Part shown: positions 36,011-50,200 of the stretch, piece by piece | How positions within the stretch are numbered: the first letter of the stretch is position 1 | Layout of the letters: each line of letters begins with the position of its first letter | Source of the DNA: Haplodiscus bocki | Taxonomy: Eukaryota | Assembly (NCBI GenBank): GCA_965655095.1 | Contig: OZ296648.1 | Span: 46,004,001 to 46,068,000, forward strand | Length of the DNA: 64,000 nt | Direction of reading: 5' to 3' | The notes under the pieces: generated by a model | The model's input: the letters and a program-made list of their open reading frames with translations, nothing else | Database searches by the model: none | Told to the model about the DNA's origin: nothing | Translations under genes and position numbers: made by a program

Positions 36011-36809
36011 CATGGCTTCATAAACATGAAAAAAATAAGCTTGCAAATAACCAAAAGTTTTCAAATTTTTGTGCCGATTGTGAAGAAGTCCAGCAAAGCT
36101 TGAGTTCTCATTTGTCATTCGAAGATTTGCGCTAACCATAGAATATCATGATTTTCTGTCAAAGAATATTTCTCTGAAAGAATACATTGGAGACCTTTTG
36201 GTGTTTTTCAAAACTTCCCTTTTTACTTGACGGAATAGTATAAAGCTTTGGGAGAATTAAAATGTCAGAGAAGAAAATTGGGCATTTCATTGCAATCTTA
36301 TAGAAAAACAAACTCATTACAATTTTTCAGTTTCGATCCAAAAACAGGAACAAGTTCAGAATCTTCCCCCTCCCAATTGCATTGGGGGGGGGGGGGGGTG
36401 GAGATAAGGAACTACGTAAATAAAGGATGTGCGTTATAAAATTCCGGCAAGTATATTGAAATGCTGATAAGTGTTGAAACTGGTAACTTCGCGGGCGGTG
36501 TGTGTGGCCTTGCACTATCGGGGATGCTTTTCTGGCGCCTTAATAACAACTGGATATTTGAATTTTTTGTTTTACTGAGTTCGAAGATGCGTTGCAGGTG
36601 AACTTCTTCAAACTGATTGGTTGATCTGCATTTTTAAGGTTAGTATTGTGGGTACAGATTATGAACTAGGTGCATGCACAGGAGGTCTCGAGATTGCGAT
36701 TATGGACCAAAAGCAATCTGCTACATTGCAAAAACAACATAATTCAATACATCTTGGAGCGAAAGCATCGCAAGATCTTGAAAGGTCCGCGTGTCTAAAA
36801 GACTCTTTA

Positions 36810-37225
36810 GCATGAGATACTCCTACTTGTCATTTAACACTCATGTTATGCCAGCCAGCAGGATCACTCATGAATAACCATTCATGCATAATCCATGATC
36901 ATGGTATGGTATTCATCAATCATGGATGATATTTCATGAAATAATAAAGTTTCGGAATTGGTTCCCGGAACGGCGCTCCAGATTTTCTCATATTGCAGAT
37001 CTCACATCAGTTACAATCCTGACCAAAGCAAAAAAAATTCAAAAATACTACTTTGTAAGACATAAATTTTCATGGATGTAACATGGATGATTCATGGATG
37101 AAGATCCATCATTCATGGGAGCTTCATTATTCATTCATGAAATTCCATGTTTCACGTACTCTCTTCTTGAGCAATCCATGATCATAAATAATTTTACTTG
37201 AACTGCCATGTACAGTCAACCTGGG
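36810..37225. repeat. CATG-rich interspersed repeats (two patches)
   Basis: Dense TCATG/CCATG words. Confidence 0.55.
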
Positions 37226-37902
37226 TTGATTACTCTGTGTTGCAAAAAATGCATTCATCAACATTTTTCCAGAAATACTTTGAAAGTAAATACTGAAGTT
37301 TTCGGTGCGCTTCATACAAAGAGCAAATTATAAAACTCTTTTAATGGCCTAATAACGACGCCAACTGCGCACTTGAGATCAAAGGGTGCATCTTGATATG
37401 ATTGAGCATGAGAATATAAGTTTCAGTTGCAACTTGTAAATTTTCAATCCGTCTACTTTTTTCGCCTTCTAGCGTAAAGTGTACTCACTGAAAAGCCGAT
37501 AGTTGTTCGAATCATCCAAATTCAACTATAACAATTGAGTCATTGAAATTTTTCATCATGTGTGAGTTCTGAGTAAAGATTTCGCTAAAGGATAAAATTT
37601 AACAAAATTCCAGAAAATTTATTTGCAGTTGTGAGCAGTTTTGAAACTTTAAGTGACCAGAATACGGACAACTTGCCTATTCGTGTTTAAAATGTAAAGT
37701 TTTCATAATTTCGAGGGTTCCGGTATTTCTATCGAAATTACATCATAGTTAATTTGAACTTTGAAATAATATATAACATTTTAATCTTTACAGTTCGAAG
37801 TTTGTATCGGTTTATGGTTTTTCAAAAACTAAAAATTCATGGTTATCGAAGCTAGCAATTGTATGCTTTCAATTTACGGAATGAATTGATCAAATGTGAT
37901 GT

Positions 37903-38763
37903 ATGACAGAGAATTATTTGGCAGAGGGTGATTCCGTAGTAAGATCTGTCAAGAGCCCTCCGACGGACGTGAGACCTGACATGCCTTCATATGTGGACGA
38001 GGAACTGAAAAGTTCTTCCGAGTTTCCATTCATAAATGTAAGGTTGTCGCAAGCGGAGACTTTTGTAAAGACTGCATTTGGGAGTAACCCTACGCCTCCG
38101 GAATCTGAGCACACCGTATCCACAGAGACTGCCAGACGACCCACAATTACCATTTCCAGTTCCAACGACACTAATTCGCTAGAGAGTCGCAACAGTGACG
38201 TGTCTGGGTTCTGGGGAGGCACTAAGATGAGTGATGCCCCCAAAACTAGAGAGCCTGTTAAAACTCAACAGGACTCACAATTACCCAGTGACGAAGGAGA
38301 CACGACTCAATCTAAAACTTTCAGCACTTCCACTTCCGGTAATACTGAGTCTGCGCCTTCGGAAAACAGTCAAATCTCTGGGTTTTGGGGCGAAAGCCAC
38401 AGACCCGAGGAGGGTGACACAGCTGATGCAAATACATATATTACAAATGGTACAAATACAACAAATACAACAAATGCTCATAGAAATATAATTTCTAATT
38501 CAAAAACAAACAGGAAAAAGTCAGCAAGCGTGGTGAAATCGCGGAACCCAACAATGAACAAAGTGACGGAAGATGAGTCACCCACGCTGGGTTCTGATGA
38601 TTCTGAGTTCTGGGCACTGACTGAACCAGAGAACAGCAAATACGACGAATATGAAGATTATGAAACTGTAGATAACACAACAATGGGAACGGTTGATGAC
38701 GAAGACAGAAAAACGACCACGCAAAAGGTGACGTCACGAAAAGGGTCTAAGAAGAAAAGGTGA
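37903..38763 (+). CDS. Intact 286-aa Ser/Thr/acidic low-complexity protein (host gene or terminal exon)
   Basis: The only long uninterrupted ORF in the host part; raised GC; AATAAA at ~38813 and ~38868; basic C-terminus RKGSKKKR. Confidence 0.65.
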   Translation: MTENYLAEGDSVVRSVKSPPTDVRPDMPSYVDEELKSSSEFPFINVRLSQAETFVKTAFGSNPTPPESEHTVSTETARRPTITISSSNDTNSLESRNSDVSGFWGGTKMSDAPKTREPVKTQQDSQLPSDEGDTTQSKTFSTSTSGNTESAPSENSQISGFWGESHRPEEGDTADANTYITNGTNTTNTTNAHRNIISNSKTNRKKSASVVKSRNPTMNKVTEDESPTLGSDDSEFWALTEPENSKYDEYEDYETVDNTTMGTVDDEDRKTTTQKVTSRKGSKKKR

Positions 38764-39049
38764 TCTTATTGAGTTGTCATTGTTTCACCTACTTTTTTTC
38801 AGTTGTCATTTTAATAAAAAGTTGTATTGTTTTCATATTTTAATTAAGTAAAAATTTGAAGACTTTGAATAAAATCTGCCATTGATCTGAGATTAAAACA
38901 AGAAAAAATTACTAAGTTCATAAAGTTATTGCAACTTTTATAAACGCGACAAACTATCTAGGCAACTGGAAACAATCGATGTTTTCTCCCAATCATACAA
39001 AAAACTTACAATTTCAGATTTTGACTACAGCATCAAAATATATTTTTGC

Positions 39050-39600
39050 CATTTTATAATCCAAAAAGATGCTTTGACTCGGTCACGTGGGATATACTAT
39101 ACGATGGACGTCAGTAACTGAAAAGATTGAAGCGCGAATTTGTATTGTTTTGTATTCCTGTTCTTGTGAGCATCAGAATGGCTACACAGATAAACTTCCC
39201 TTTAACTGGAGAAAGCAAGTTCTTCTTCAATGACATTAGCGAAATTGGACAGTAAACAGTTGGGAGTTCCAAAAACCAGTAGCGGCTTCTGTGACTGAGC
39301 TGGTTTGTTTTCATAACGCACTTTTTTTAAGCAGCATTGTTTTTAACCAGACGTCCAACAACTGTCCGCAATTACTCACATGTATAATGAATGCACTCTC
39401 TCTGGGCGTAGCTTGCTTTGCTTATCAAGCGTGAAGCAATTTCATTGAATGTTGAAACTCATTCAGTTGATGCAAACTGTTGGTCATTCAACCGTTTTTT
39501 TTCACAACCGTTGGTCATTCAAGAGTTTTTCACAATTATGTTCTCCTTGAGAAAGTTGTTTGTTTCTACAATGTTTGCATACACTTTTAGGTTTGTTTGT
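39050..39600 (-). mobile_element. Degenerate non-LTR retrotransposon APE-endonuclease remnant
   Basis: PNCLLSNFANVIEEEL...VYLCSHSD...QYKFALQSFQL resembles the YRPP...GDFN...PTR region. Confidence 0.35.
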
Positions 39601-39970
39601 ACACTTTTATGTAACAGAAAGATTGCATAGGTTTGACTGACTCCTTCCCATCCCCCAACAGTAGCAAGTAATTGTACACCCGTTTCAGAATGAATGAGCG
39701 ATACTCTTCATTTGAAAAATTTTAATCACACATGAATAAGAAGCACTTTTAAATAACTTTCAATTTTTTCAGCTTTTTTTGTCAAATTCTTCATAGATGA
39801 TCAAGTTTTATTCTTCTCATTCTTCCCCTAGAAATTCAAATACAAGGAATTTTGAAAATTTTTCGAAAAAAAAGGTTTAAGAAACTCCCACTAGAATTCT
39901 TTTCAAAAAATCTTGCACTTCATTCGGAAATATGGAGTTTGAAAAACTCTGGTTCAGCTGAAACTTAAAC

Positions 39971-42749
39971 ATAAATGGCATCTAGGGAAGCTTCAGATTG
40001 TTCAGTAACAGATTCCTCTGATACTCATCAGCCGGAGCAATGAAAAAATAAAGACTAAATGATCACCAATGATGAAACTAAGCATTTCAGTATGAACAGG
40101 TTCTATATTTCCAATAGTTTGAATGAAGGCATGTTCCTTTTCGTAGAGGTGATCGGGTTATTTCAATAGGGAGGACAATTTTCAAGTATGATACAGCAAA
40201 CACTTAAACGGGCATCTTAATAAGACTTCATCAGACAAAGTGTGAGCATTGAACTCAATTCAAATGAGAAAAGAACTATAAAAATTTCCAAATATTTAAT
40301 CTAAATACTGACAAGTTTATTCAAACCAACATGGCAAAGGAAATCGCAGTGTCATCAAAAATTGTATATCCAAGTGTCAAGGATTTGTTTGGCCAAATTA
40401 TATCGCGTATGAAGGCAAAATATGTAGAAAAATTTATCTGAAGAATAGAATTACACATTTGGAACTACGAGCATCTGAGCAAGAAAGAGAAAGCTTAGAA
40501 ACCTATCATGATCAACAATGCTCCGATATTTACCAAAGACAATTCAGAGACAAATGGCTGACTTATTCGAACATTTTATGGAAAACGAAATTACTCAACT
40601 AATTTAAAGCCTGCCATTACCTTGGAACACCATAAAACGACAAAGCAACGCAGTATGTATGAAATTAAAGTAATTCCAAGACAAACTCGAAAGTATAAAA
40701 GCAAACCCCACCACCGCCCATTTCAGTTACAAGCCAAACTGGCGAACTGTATGTATCCAGCGGCAGAACTGCTTCATCAGCTTTTAGTCAATTTTGTCAT
40801 ACTTCTCTGAATTTTTTTGTGCTAGAGACTTCACAAACATCTCTAAGTCTTCAAATTGAGTTCCTATGGGACTACTGTTCGAAAAGTTTGAGAGTAGCAG
40901 ATTTACATCGCGTTTTGGAGCTTCTAGAGAAGTGTTTCCTCAGAACAAACTAAATCGTCTACCGCCGCGCTGTTCTTGAGGTCTAAATATCAGCATTAAC
41001 AGTTTTTTGGAAGTTTCTGTCGCATGTCAGCCCGCTTACTAAAGTCACTTTCACCAAAACTATTCACTACTTTTGCAATCTTTTCGACAATACCCGACTT
41101 CATCTATGCCGTGATCCAAAATTTGGCCTTCCTCTCTCCTGCTTCATAAACTCATGAGTCTACTACTTACTACTCACTGACTGGAAATGTGCGGTTAGAG
41201 CATCATCATTCTTACGGAATTTGGTCACCTGACAAGTTCTGTTGGCTGCAACTAGCCCATTTTCCTCAGCGTTTGACTTCTCTGCCGTGTTTTTGTAGTT
41301 TCTTTTAAATACCAATTTAAAAGTTTTTCTGCTGATATTCCTTCTTCCCAGTTAGTATCTCAGAGAAACTCAGAGATTATGGCAGGCTTTAAATTAGTTG
41401 GAGTAATTTCGTTTTCCATAAAATGTNNNNNNNNNNNNNNNNNNNNNNNNNNNNNNNNNNNNNNNNNNNNNNNNNNNNNNNNNNNNNNNNNNNNNNNNNN
41501 NNNNNNNNNNNNNNNNNNNNNNNNNNNNNNNNNNNNNNNNNNNNNNNNNNNNNNNNNNNNNNNNNNNNNNNNNNNNNNNNNNNNNNNNNNNNNNNNNNNN
41601 NNNNNNNNNNNNNNNNNNNNNNNNNNTTACATCGCGTTTTGGAGCTTCTAGAGAAGTGTTTCCTCAGAACAAACTAAATCGTCTACCGCCGCGCTGTTCT
41701 TGAGGTCTAAATATCAGCATTAACAGTTTTTGGAAGTTTCTGTCGCATGTCAGCCCGCTTACTAAAGTCACTTTCACCAAAACTATTCACTACTTTTGCA
41801 ATCTTTTCGACAATACCCGACTTCATCTATGCCGTGATCCAAAATTTGGCCTTCCTCTCTCCTGCTTCATAAACTCATGAGTCTACTACTTACTACTCAC
41901 TGACTGGAAATGTGCGGTTTAGAGCATCATCATTCTTACGGAATTTGGTCACCTGACAAGTTCTGTTGGCTGCAACTAGCCCATTTTCCTCAGCGTTTGA
42001 CTTCTCTGCCGTGTTTTTGTAGTTTCTTTTAAATACCAATTTAAAAGTTTTTCTGCTGATATTCCTTCTTCCCAGTTAGTATCTCAGAGAAACTCAGAGA
42101 TTATGGCAGGCTTTAAATTAGTTGGAGTAATTTCGTTTTCCATAAAATGTTCGAATAAGTCAGCCATTTGTCTCTGAATTGTCTTTAGTAAATATCGGAG
42201 CATTGTTGATCATGATAGGTTTCTAAGCTTTCTCTTTCTTGCTCAGATGCTCGTAGTTCCAAATGTGTAATTCTATTCTTCAGATAAATTTTTCTACATA
42301 TTTTGCCTTCATACGCGATATAATTTGGCCAAACAAATCCTTGACACTTGGATATACAATTTTTGATGACACTGCGATTTCCTTTGCCATGTTGGTTTGA
42401 ATAAACTTGTCAGTATTTAGATTAAATATTTGGAAATTTTTATAGTTCTTTTCTCATTTGAATTGAGTTCAATGCTCACACTTTGTCTGATGAAGTCTTA
42501 TTAAGATGCCCGTTTAAGTGTTTGCTGTATCATACTTGAAAATTGTCCTCCCTATTGAAATAACCCGATCACCTCTACGAAAAGGAACATGCCTTCATTC
42601 AACTATTGGAAATATAGAACCTGTTCATACTGAAGTGCTTAGTTTCAACATTGCGATCATTCAGTCTTTATTTTTTTATTGCTCCGGCTGATGAGTATTA
42701 GAGCAATCTGTTACTGAAGAATTTGAAGCCTTCCCTAGATGCCATTTAT
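39971..42749. repeat. Inverted repeat, arms 39971-40617 and 42102-42749
   Basis: ATAAATGGCATCTAGGGAAG...AAAGCCTGCCA and its reverse complement. Confidence 0.9.
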
Positions 42750-43349
42750 CATAACAAGTTTTTGTTAACTCTAATCACAAAATTACAAACACTTTCCTAT
42801 CAGCAAGATGCAAGTGTAGTTGTGTGTAAACGTAGAGAAAAGCTCACTTTCAACGGATACCCAAAAACGTCGCAACAAAACATGAAAACATTTGTGTCAA
42901 AGATACCGTGAAACGGCCGCTGAGGCAATGAGAGGAGTTGTTCGTGAAATGGAAGCAAACTTCATCACTCGATGTGATCGAAAAATTATGTCATGAACAG
43001 CTCAAATTTACAGAGGAAATCAAACAGGCTAAAAAACGCTAGACTGAACAGCTTGAAAACTGACACTCTAAAGAAAGTCAGCCTTTCAGAAACACAGTAG
43101 AGCAAATTCTGCAATGTACTCAACAGATGTTCTTTCCGAGGTTTTCATTGGTATCTTCACGATCATAGCTAAAGCAAGAGATATGAAAAACTAATTTTTC
43201 AACAAGAAACGATCCTGAACTTTTGAGCTGGAAAATTTAACCAAAAGAAGTTAATCCTGTAAATTTTGAAGTGAAGAAACTAAACGTCGAGTAGATCTGA
43301 TGGAAAAGAAATCTGGAGGATGAACATCCATTTCCCCCTAAAAATTGCA

Positions 43350-44250
43350 TAATCAACAACAGCTATCAATAAATGCGGTACACAAGTAAACAAAATCATC
43401 ATATTAAAACCAACTTACAAACAAGGAAAAGTCACAAGACTATCTAGTTACAGACCAAAAACAATCATTAGCTAGTTCTCAAAATGTATCAGAAACTAAC
43501 AAAACAATGATTATACACTTGACCAAAAAATTGGACTTCCTGAAATCGGCGCCAGGACTAAACGAGCACCCTTGACGCTGTGCTTAGTGCATGTTTTGCA
43601 CTGTTTGAACTCAATGCATCTCCTCAAAGTAAAAACGTTGATGCTACTAATTTTATGAAAGCGCTCGACAATCGAAATCACGAAAAAAACATTTGGATAA
43701 ATTGGTGGCCGTATGAATCCAAGGCGTAACACTGAGCTGACTCTAGAGCCATTTCCATACCAGAAAACACCTTGTCAACATCACAAATGGCAGTCTCCGC
43801 TGAAAAACATGAAAATAGAAGTCCTCCATTTCATTGCTTTGAGAAGATTGTTTTACTTGATTTACATAAACGATTTGCTCGCTTGTTTGATGAAGAGTAG
43901 TTGATCCTTCTTTTTTTGCAAATGAGTTCACTGTTTTGAAACCATGCCGCTTTAAAAAAGGGTTGACGAACGATTCAAAAAACGTTAGAGAATTGCAGAA
44001 GATAAACGGGATGTCATTGAGTGTTGAAAAAGCGAAAGCTCTCTTGATGATTTCAGTGCTAAAAAAATTAAACTAAAATTGAAATTTCATCTTCAAAATA
44101 GTTAAGAGGACTTTACTGAGCGTTTAATAAACATTGGCGTTCTTATTTGTAATCGGCTAATCTTCAAGCAGCATGTAATTGGGGTAGAGCAAAAAATATC
44201 CAATGTGTGTGTGACATAATCTATCATTTAAGCAATAATCCATCAAAAGT
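43350..44250 (+). mobile_element. Degenerate LINE (CR1/L2-like) reverse transcriptase remnant; its 3' part is re-copied at 48173 and 51036
   Basis: KPTYKQG...SSYRP, FMKALD, LFYLIYINDL, FFANE (decayed FADD). Confidence 0.65.
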
Positions 44251-47200
44251 TTGTTCTCAGTTGTCTTTCTGTTGTTAATTCAAGCAAGTTATTCAGTGTG
44301 AACTACACTAATCGTGAGTGAAAGTGTATCAACACGAGCTCTGGATGAAATTTGGAAACTCAACGAAAAATTGTCAGAGCAAAGAATTTTTCGAAACATT
44401 TCGACTTGGATTTCCTAAGTGCTTAAAAGTTTACCGTTGAAAGTGATCGAAGGGGCTTCAAAATTTCGAACAACCAAGAGTTCACAACCTACTTTCAGAA
44501 AATCAATGATTTCGTACTATTTTGCAAACCTGAACTAGTGGACAAGATCTTCCAGTTGTTTGAATGCGTGTAATTGAAAACCTTTCAAATCAAGGATAAT
44601 GAGGTGGGTTGTAATAATTTTTTTGGCACACTTTCTGGCGCCAATTTTACCAAATTAGCGTAACTTTCGAAAAGTTGTTTAGTACTTCATCTATTTCCTA
44701 GTATTACCTGTCAAAAAAATTGTATGTTGTAGCGGAAATCTCGGGAGTCTACTACAGATGTGTTCCAGAGTCACTGCAATTATGGTCTAAAACTACGGAA
44801 GATAATCTATCCAATCAACAACAAACTTCAGGCCGTGGTTTTACTTTGTTGTCAGGGCCTGATGCATCGCTGGCAACAAACGGCGGAAAATGAAGCAATG
44901 ATGTAAGCTAATGAAAGCTCTGACTGTACTCTAGATTCCATTCGGATCCCAAACACATTTTGCAAGGGTGTTTGAAGGATTCCAACAAACTTTTATTGTA
45001 TTTCGTTTTTGTGTCTATTTCAGACTGTAACTTTTGGTTTTCTTCCTGTTTCAAAATTCTTACAATCTCTTCAATGCGCACCTAAGAAAGCAAGATAAAA
45101 CACTGAACACTGGGTTGTTTCTTTTTTTTAACTGCGAGAAGCGTTTGTCCCATCGTCCCTTATTATCGGAAATTTTCTGCGCGTTCACATTTGCAGCGAA
45201 AATTTCAAGCCATCTTAGGTTACACCGCTTAAGTAGTGAAGCTGACCGAGATGACCAATGTAAAGATGGCAGAATGATGATACTTCCCACCGTGAAAACC
45301 GTAAAATTCAAACCGAAACAGATATACAAGAACAATAAATTGTCTGTCTGTGCAGACGGACGATAAAATTTCAACTTGAGCAGCTAGTTACTGGTTAAGG
45401 AGGGTAACTTATGCCAAAAAAGTTCAATCTTTTGATCCAAATAAAAAAATTAACACTTCATTTCACTTATTTCAACCATCGACGACAATCTCGCAGCCAA
45501 ACAAGAAACAAAATAACAGTTCAAAATTTTCAAAAGAAGAGTGAACTGAACATGTCGACCGCTGGTCAAAATTTTAAAATTGGAGTGGATTCAACTGAGA
45601 TGATTAAAAATTACTGAAGAAAACAATCGGACAGCAAGGCGAGGAAATTCACCAGTATTGAGACGGAAACATCCTCGGTTCGGAAAAGAAGATATAATCT
45701 TCTGCGTCGAATTTGCAGTGAAGCAGACTCCTTTAAACAATTGCGTAGTGAAAAAAATATTGAAGCAAGCATGACGATACAATCAACTTCAGAAAAGATT
45801 TCGGTGATCTCTCACAAAACTTCCGTCATCAAGGCCTCCTAAACATTAACATCACCGAGGAGGTCTAACATGGTGGTAAAAAATTTTAGCCGTCAAGAAA
45901 TTGAGATTGTCGAACTAGCCACTAGCTGAACGAAGCCAAACTGGGCACGAACACAGAAGACCACAGGAGTCAGTTTAGGACTTCGATAGTCAATAAAACA
46001 ATTAGCCCAAACTTTCAAAAGCATTACCTACCTCCGTGCAAGTGTTTGCCGGAAAGTTAAAAAGCTTCGAGTTTTTCTTAGAATTGTTCACCGGCAACCC
46101 GAAATTATACAGTAAGGGAAATGTCGATTTTCTTTCAATCACTGCTAAGAAGAAGCTTTACTGCTAAAAAAACCTCAAAAATATCAATAAAACAAAGAGA
46201 CAGCGTTCAAATTATGTCCTAAAAAAAATCGGTCTGTGGGGTCACTGGAGAATGAATGAAAACGTTCAGATTGAGGTTCATATTGCTTAACAAAATGTAG
46301 CAATGTGCTGGATTGACATTGTTGATGACAAAAGTATTCAGCATGTAAAAAATATCATGCCCGTGCCTTATGTCAGTGATGATATCACGAAAACTTTTCA
46401 ATCATCAAATTGTTAGATCTCTTTGTTCAAGAGGTGTTTATTCAATCGAAGTGTATTTTACGTCCAAGCTGATCTTGATGGAGATTCCTCCAAGCTAATT
46501 CATGGACTTCCTGTGGTTTCTGCAGAATATCCACCTGGTATTCTTGATCTAAGTCAAGCACTCTCGTGGTGAATACGGGGTACAGATGAGCCAGTGGAAT
46601 TGACTATTCGGTCGATGGCATGTATTGTGAGAAATATTTATCGAACGCTGACAAGTAGTGGTATAATCAATGGCAACTCCTTTTAGCTACCCGCTTCATT
46701 CCCTCAATGTCGGACCGCAAGATACGTACGGACAGGAACTGCAACAGAGTACGATGTTACCCTTCTCTTACACACTGCGGCTTGGCAAGATTGCCTGTTC
46801 AGAGTACCTAAAATACTTAGGACAATGGGGTAAATTGATTTCTCGTTTGAGCAAAAAAATTTTCCTTTGTCTGGCTGAGATTACAATTTTCCAAACCCAG
46901 GAAACCCAATATTTACTTTTTTCCCAATGACAATGTTTTGGAAGGCATACTGGCGTGCAGTTTTGATAATACAGCTTTCTTGACTGGTAGGCCTAACAGT
47001 TATACAGTCGAAGACCTCACTTTGTAATCCGAGTCACTAACAGTGTTGTCCAATATAGTGAACGAACTTTTGCTTTACTTCAAGGTTCGTTCAATGGTGA
47101 CTTTTGCGAATATTGTCAAAAATTAACAGCTCTGGCCTAGCTATGGAATGTTGAAATTGAGAAGTGGATCGATCTTGGATGTCTTCGTGAAAACATCACT

Positions 47201-50200
47201 CGTTGCTCTTTCACAAAGAGATGTTTCCTTTCTTCTCTTGAACCTACTCTTTTTTGCAAAGGACAGTACTTTAAAACAAGATGCAATATCGATGTAATTT
47301 TAACAAGCGTATGGCTTGAGTCACTGCGTCCGCCCGTCACTGCGTTTTTAGTAAATCATCAACAGGGTTGACGATGACTGATTGTTCTTTCAAAACGGCT
47401 GAGATGGAATGACCTTGAGGTTGTGTACACTCAAGCTCAAGGCTGGTAACGACGTCTTCAGGATTAATTTGGCTTTTTAGAGGGCACGTGCCAGTCTCTC
47501 ATCAATAGTCAAGCTCTACAACAAAAAAAACAGTCTGAATAATTATCCGAAGTCTGAGTCTCGCAGACGCGCGTCGAAAAGAAAATGATTTTCATGAAAA
47601 TGAAGTACCATCTGTCAACGACACGAGCTTCCGCGAACGGTAAATCAGATGATTAGAATTGACAGACCTTCTACCGTGATATATAGATCGCAGTGCTTTA
47701 CTCCTCTATTTATGCTCCTTCTGCAATCTTCCTGACAATCTAACTTTGCTAGCTTCTCTTCATTGAAAAAAGTTCCTTTCTTCTTTAGGAAAAGCTAAAG
47801 CAATTGCATTTCAGTTGTTTTCTTAATCGGCTACAGAATTTAATCAGCTGCGGGGGTCCTATGGAATATGACGTGCTTCCTTGTCAAAATCGTCATAGGT
47901 TGTATCTGGCACAACGGATAACCTTCTGAAACTCCCGGTGATATTTTGCGAAAACTATGACGTTGCACAATTGATCTTTCTTTCTTCGCCTACATTCTGC
48001 ACGCGAAAGTTGTCTTTCACGTGTGTGTTTTCTTCAAGGGTGTCTGCCAACATACAGCAGCTTGCAACAAAAAATGACCCTGCTAAGGTAAAATAAAGTT
48101 TCGTCACTGCAGGTGAGAGGTTACTTGTGATTGATCGCTATATCATTCATTTGACAAAAATCAAATGGATTCACAATCGAAATCACGAAAAAAACATTTG
48201 GATAAATTGGTGGCCGTATGAATCCAAGGCGTAACACTGAGCTGACTCTAGAGCCATTTCCATACCAGAAAACACCTTGTCAACATCACAAATGGCAGTC
48301 TCCGCTGAAAAACATGAAAATAGAAGTCCTCCATTTCATTGCTTTGAGAAGATTGTTTTACTTGATTTACATAAACGATTTGCTCGCTTGTTTGATGAAG
48401 AGTAGTTGATCCTTCTTTTTTGCAAATGAGTTCACTGTTTTGAAACCATGCCGCTTTAAAAAAAGGGTTGACGAACGATTCAAAAAACGTTAGAGAATTG
48501 CAGAAGATAAACGGGATGTCATTGAGTGTTGAAAAAGCGAAAGCTCTCTTGATGATTTCAGTGCTAAAAAAATTAAACTAAAATTGAAATTTCATCTTCA
48601 AAATAGTTAAGAGGACTTTACTGAGCGTTTAATAAACATTGGCGTTCTTATTTGTATTCGGCTAATCTTCAAGCAGCATGTAATTGGGGTAGAGCAAAAA
48701 ATATCCAATGTGTGTGTGACATAATCTATCATTTAAGCAATAATCCATCAAAAGTTTGTTCTCAGTTGTCTTTCTGTTGTTAATTCAAGCAAGTTATTCA
48801 GTGTGAACTACACTAATCGTGAGTGAAAGTGTATCAACACGAGCTCTGGATGAAATTTGGAAACTCAACGAAAAATTGTCAGAGCAAAGAATTTTTCGAA
48901 ACATTTCGACTTGGATTTCCTAAGTGCTTAAAAGTTTTACCGTTGAAAGTGATCGAAGGGGCTTCAAAATTTCGAACAACCAAGAGTTCACAACCTACTT
49001 TCAGAAAATCAATGATTTCGTACTATTTTGCAAACCTGAACTAGTGGACAAGATCTTCCAGTTGTTTGAATGCGTGTAATTGAAAACCTTTCAAATCAAG
49101 GATAATGAGGTGGGTTGTAATAATTTTTTTGGCACACTTTCTGGCGCCAATTTTACCAAATTAGCGTAACTTTCGAAAAGTTGTTTAGTACTTCATCTAT
49201 TTCCTAGTATTACCTGTCAAAAAAATTTGTATGTTGTAGCGGAAATCTCGGGAGTCTACTACAGATGTGTTCCAGAGTCACTGCAATTATGGTCTAAAAC
49301 TACGGAAGATAATCTATCCAATCAACAACAAACTTCAGGCCGTGGTTTTACTTTGTTGTCAGGGCCTGATGCATCGCTGGCAACAAACGGCGGAAAATGA
49401 AGCAATGATGTAAGCTAATGAAAGCTCTGACTGTACTCTAGATTCCATTCGGATCCCAAACACATTTTGCAAGGGTGTTTGAAGGATTCCAACAAACTTT
49501 TATTGTATTTCGTTTTTGTGTCTATTTCAGACTGTAACTTTTGGTTTTCTTCCTGTTTCAAAATTCTTACAATCTCTTCAATGCGCACCTAAGAAAGCAA
49601 GATAAAACACTGAACACTGGGTTGTTTCTTTTTTTTTAACTGCGAGAAGCGTTTGTCCCATCGTCCCTTATTATCGGAAATTTTCTGCGCGTTCACATTT
49701 GCAGCGAAAATTTCAAGCCATCTTAGGTTACACCGCTTAAGTAGTGAAGCTGACCGAGATGACCAATGTAAAGATGGCAGAATGATGATACTTCCCACCG
49801 TGAAAACCGTAAAATTCAAACCGAAACAGATATACAAGAACAATAAATTGTCTGTCTGTGCAGTTATACAGTCGAAGACCTCACTTTGTAATCCGAGTCA
49901 CTAACAGTGTTGTCCAATATAGTGAATGAACTTTTGCTTTACTTCAAGGTTCGTTCAATGGTGACTTTTGCGAATATTGTCAAAAATTAACAGCTCTGGC
50001 CTAGCTATGGAATGTTGAAATTGAGAAGTGGATCGATCTTGGATGTCTTCGTGAAAACATCACTCGTTGCTCTTTCACAAAGAGATGTTTCCTTTCTTCT
50101 CTTGAACCTACTCTTTTTTGCAAAGGACAGTACTTTAAAACAAGATGCAATATCGATGTAATTTTAACAAGCGTATGGCTTGAGTCACTGCGTCCGCCCG

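Noticed and set aside
36382-36398. G17 run as a functional G-quadruplex
   Set aside because: Isolated homopolymer with no supporting context.
40903-42150. Direct repeat 40903-41426 / 41627-42150 flanking an N gap
   Set aside because: The copies end and start exactly at the gap edges and are near-identical, which is typical of an unmerged contig overlap.
45356-46996. Segment X as a spliced-out intron explaining the AB units
   Set aside because: No GT...AG boundaries on either strand for any placement of the CAG microhomology.
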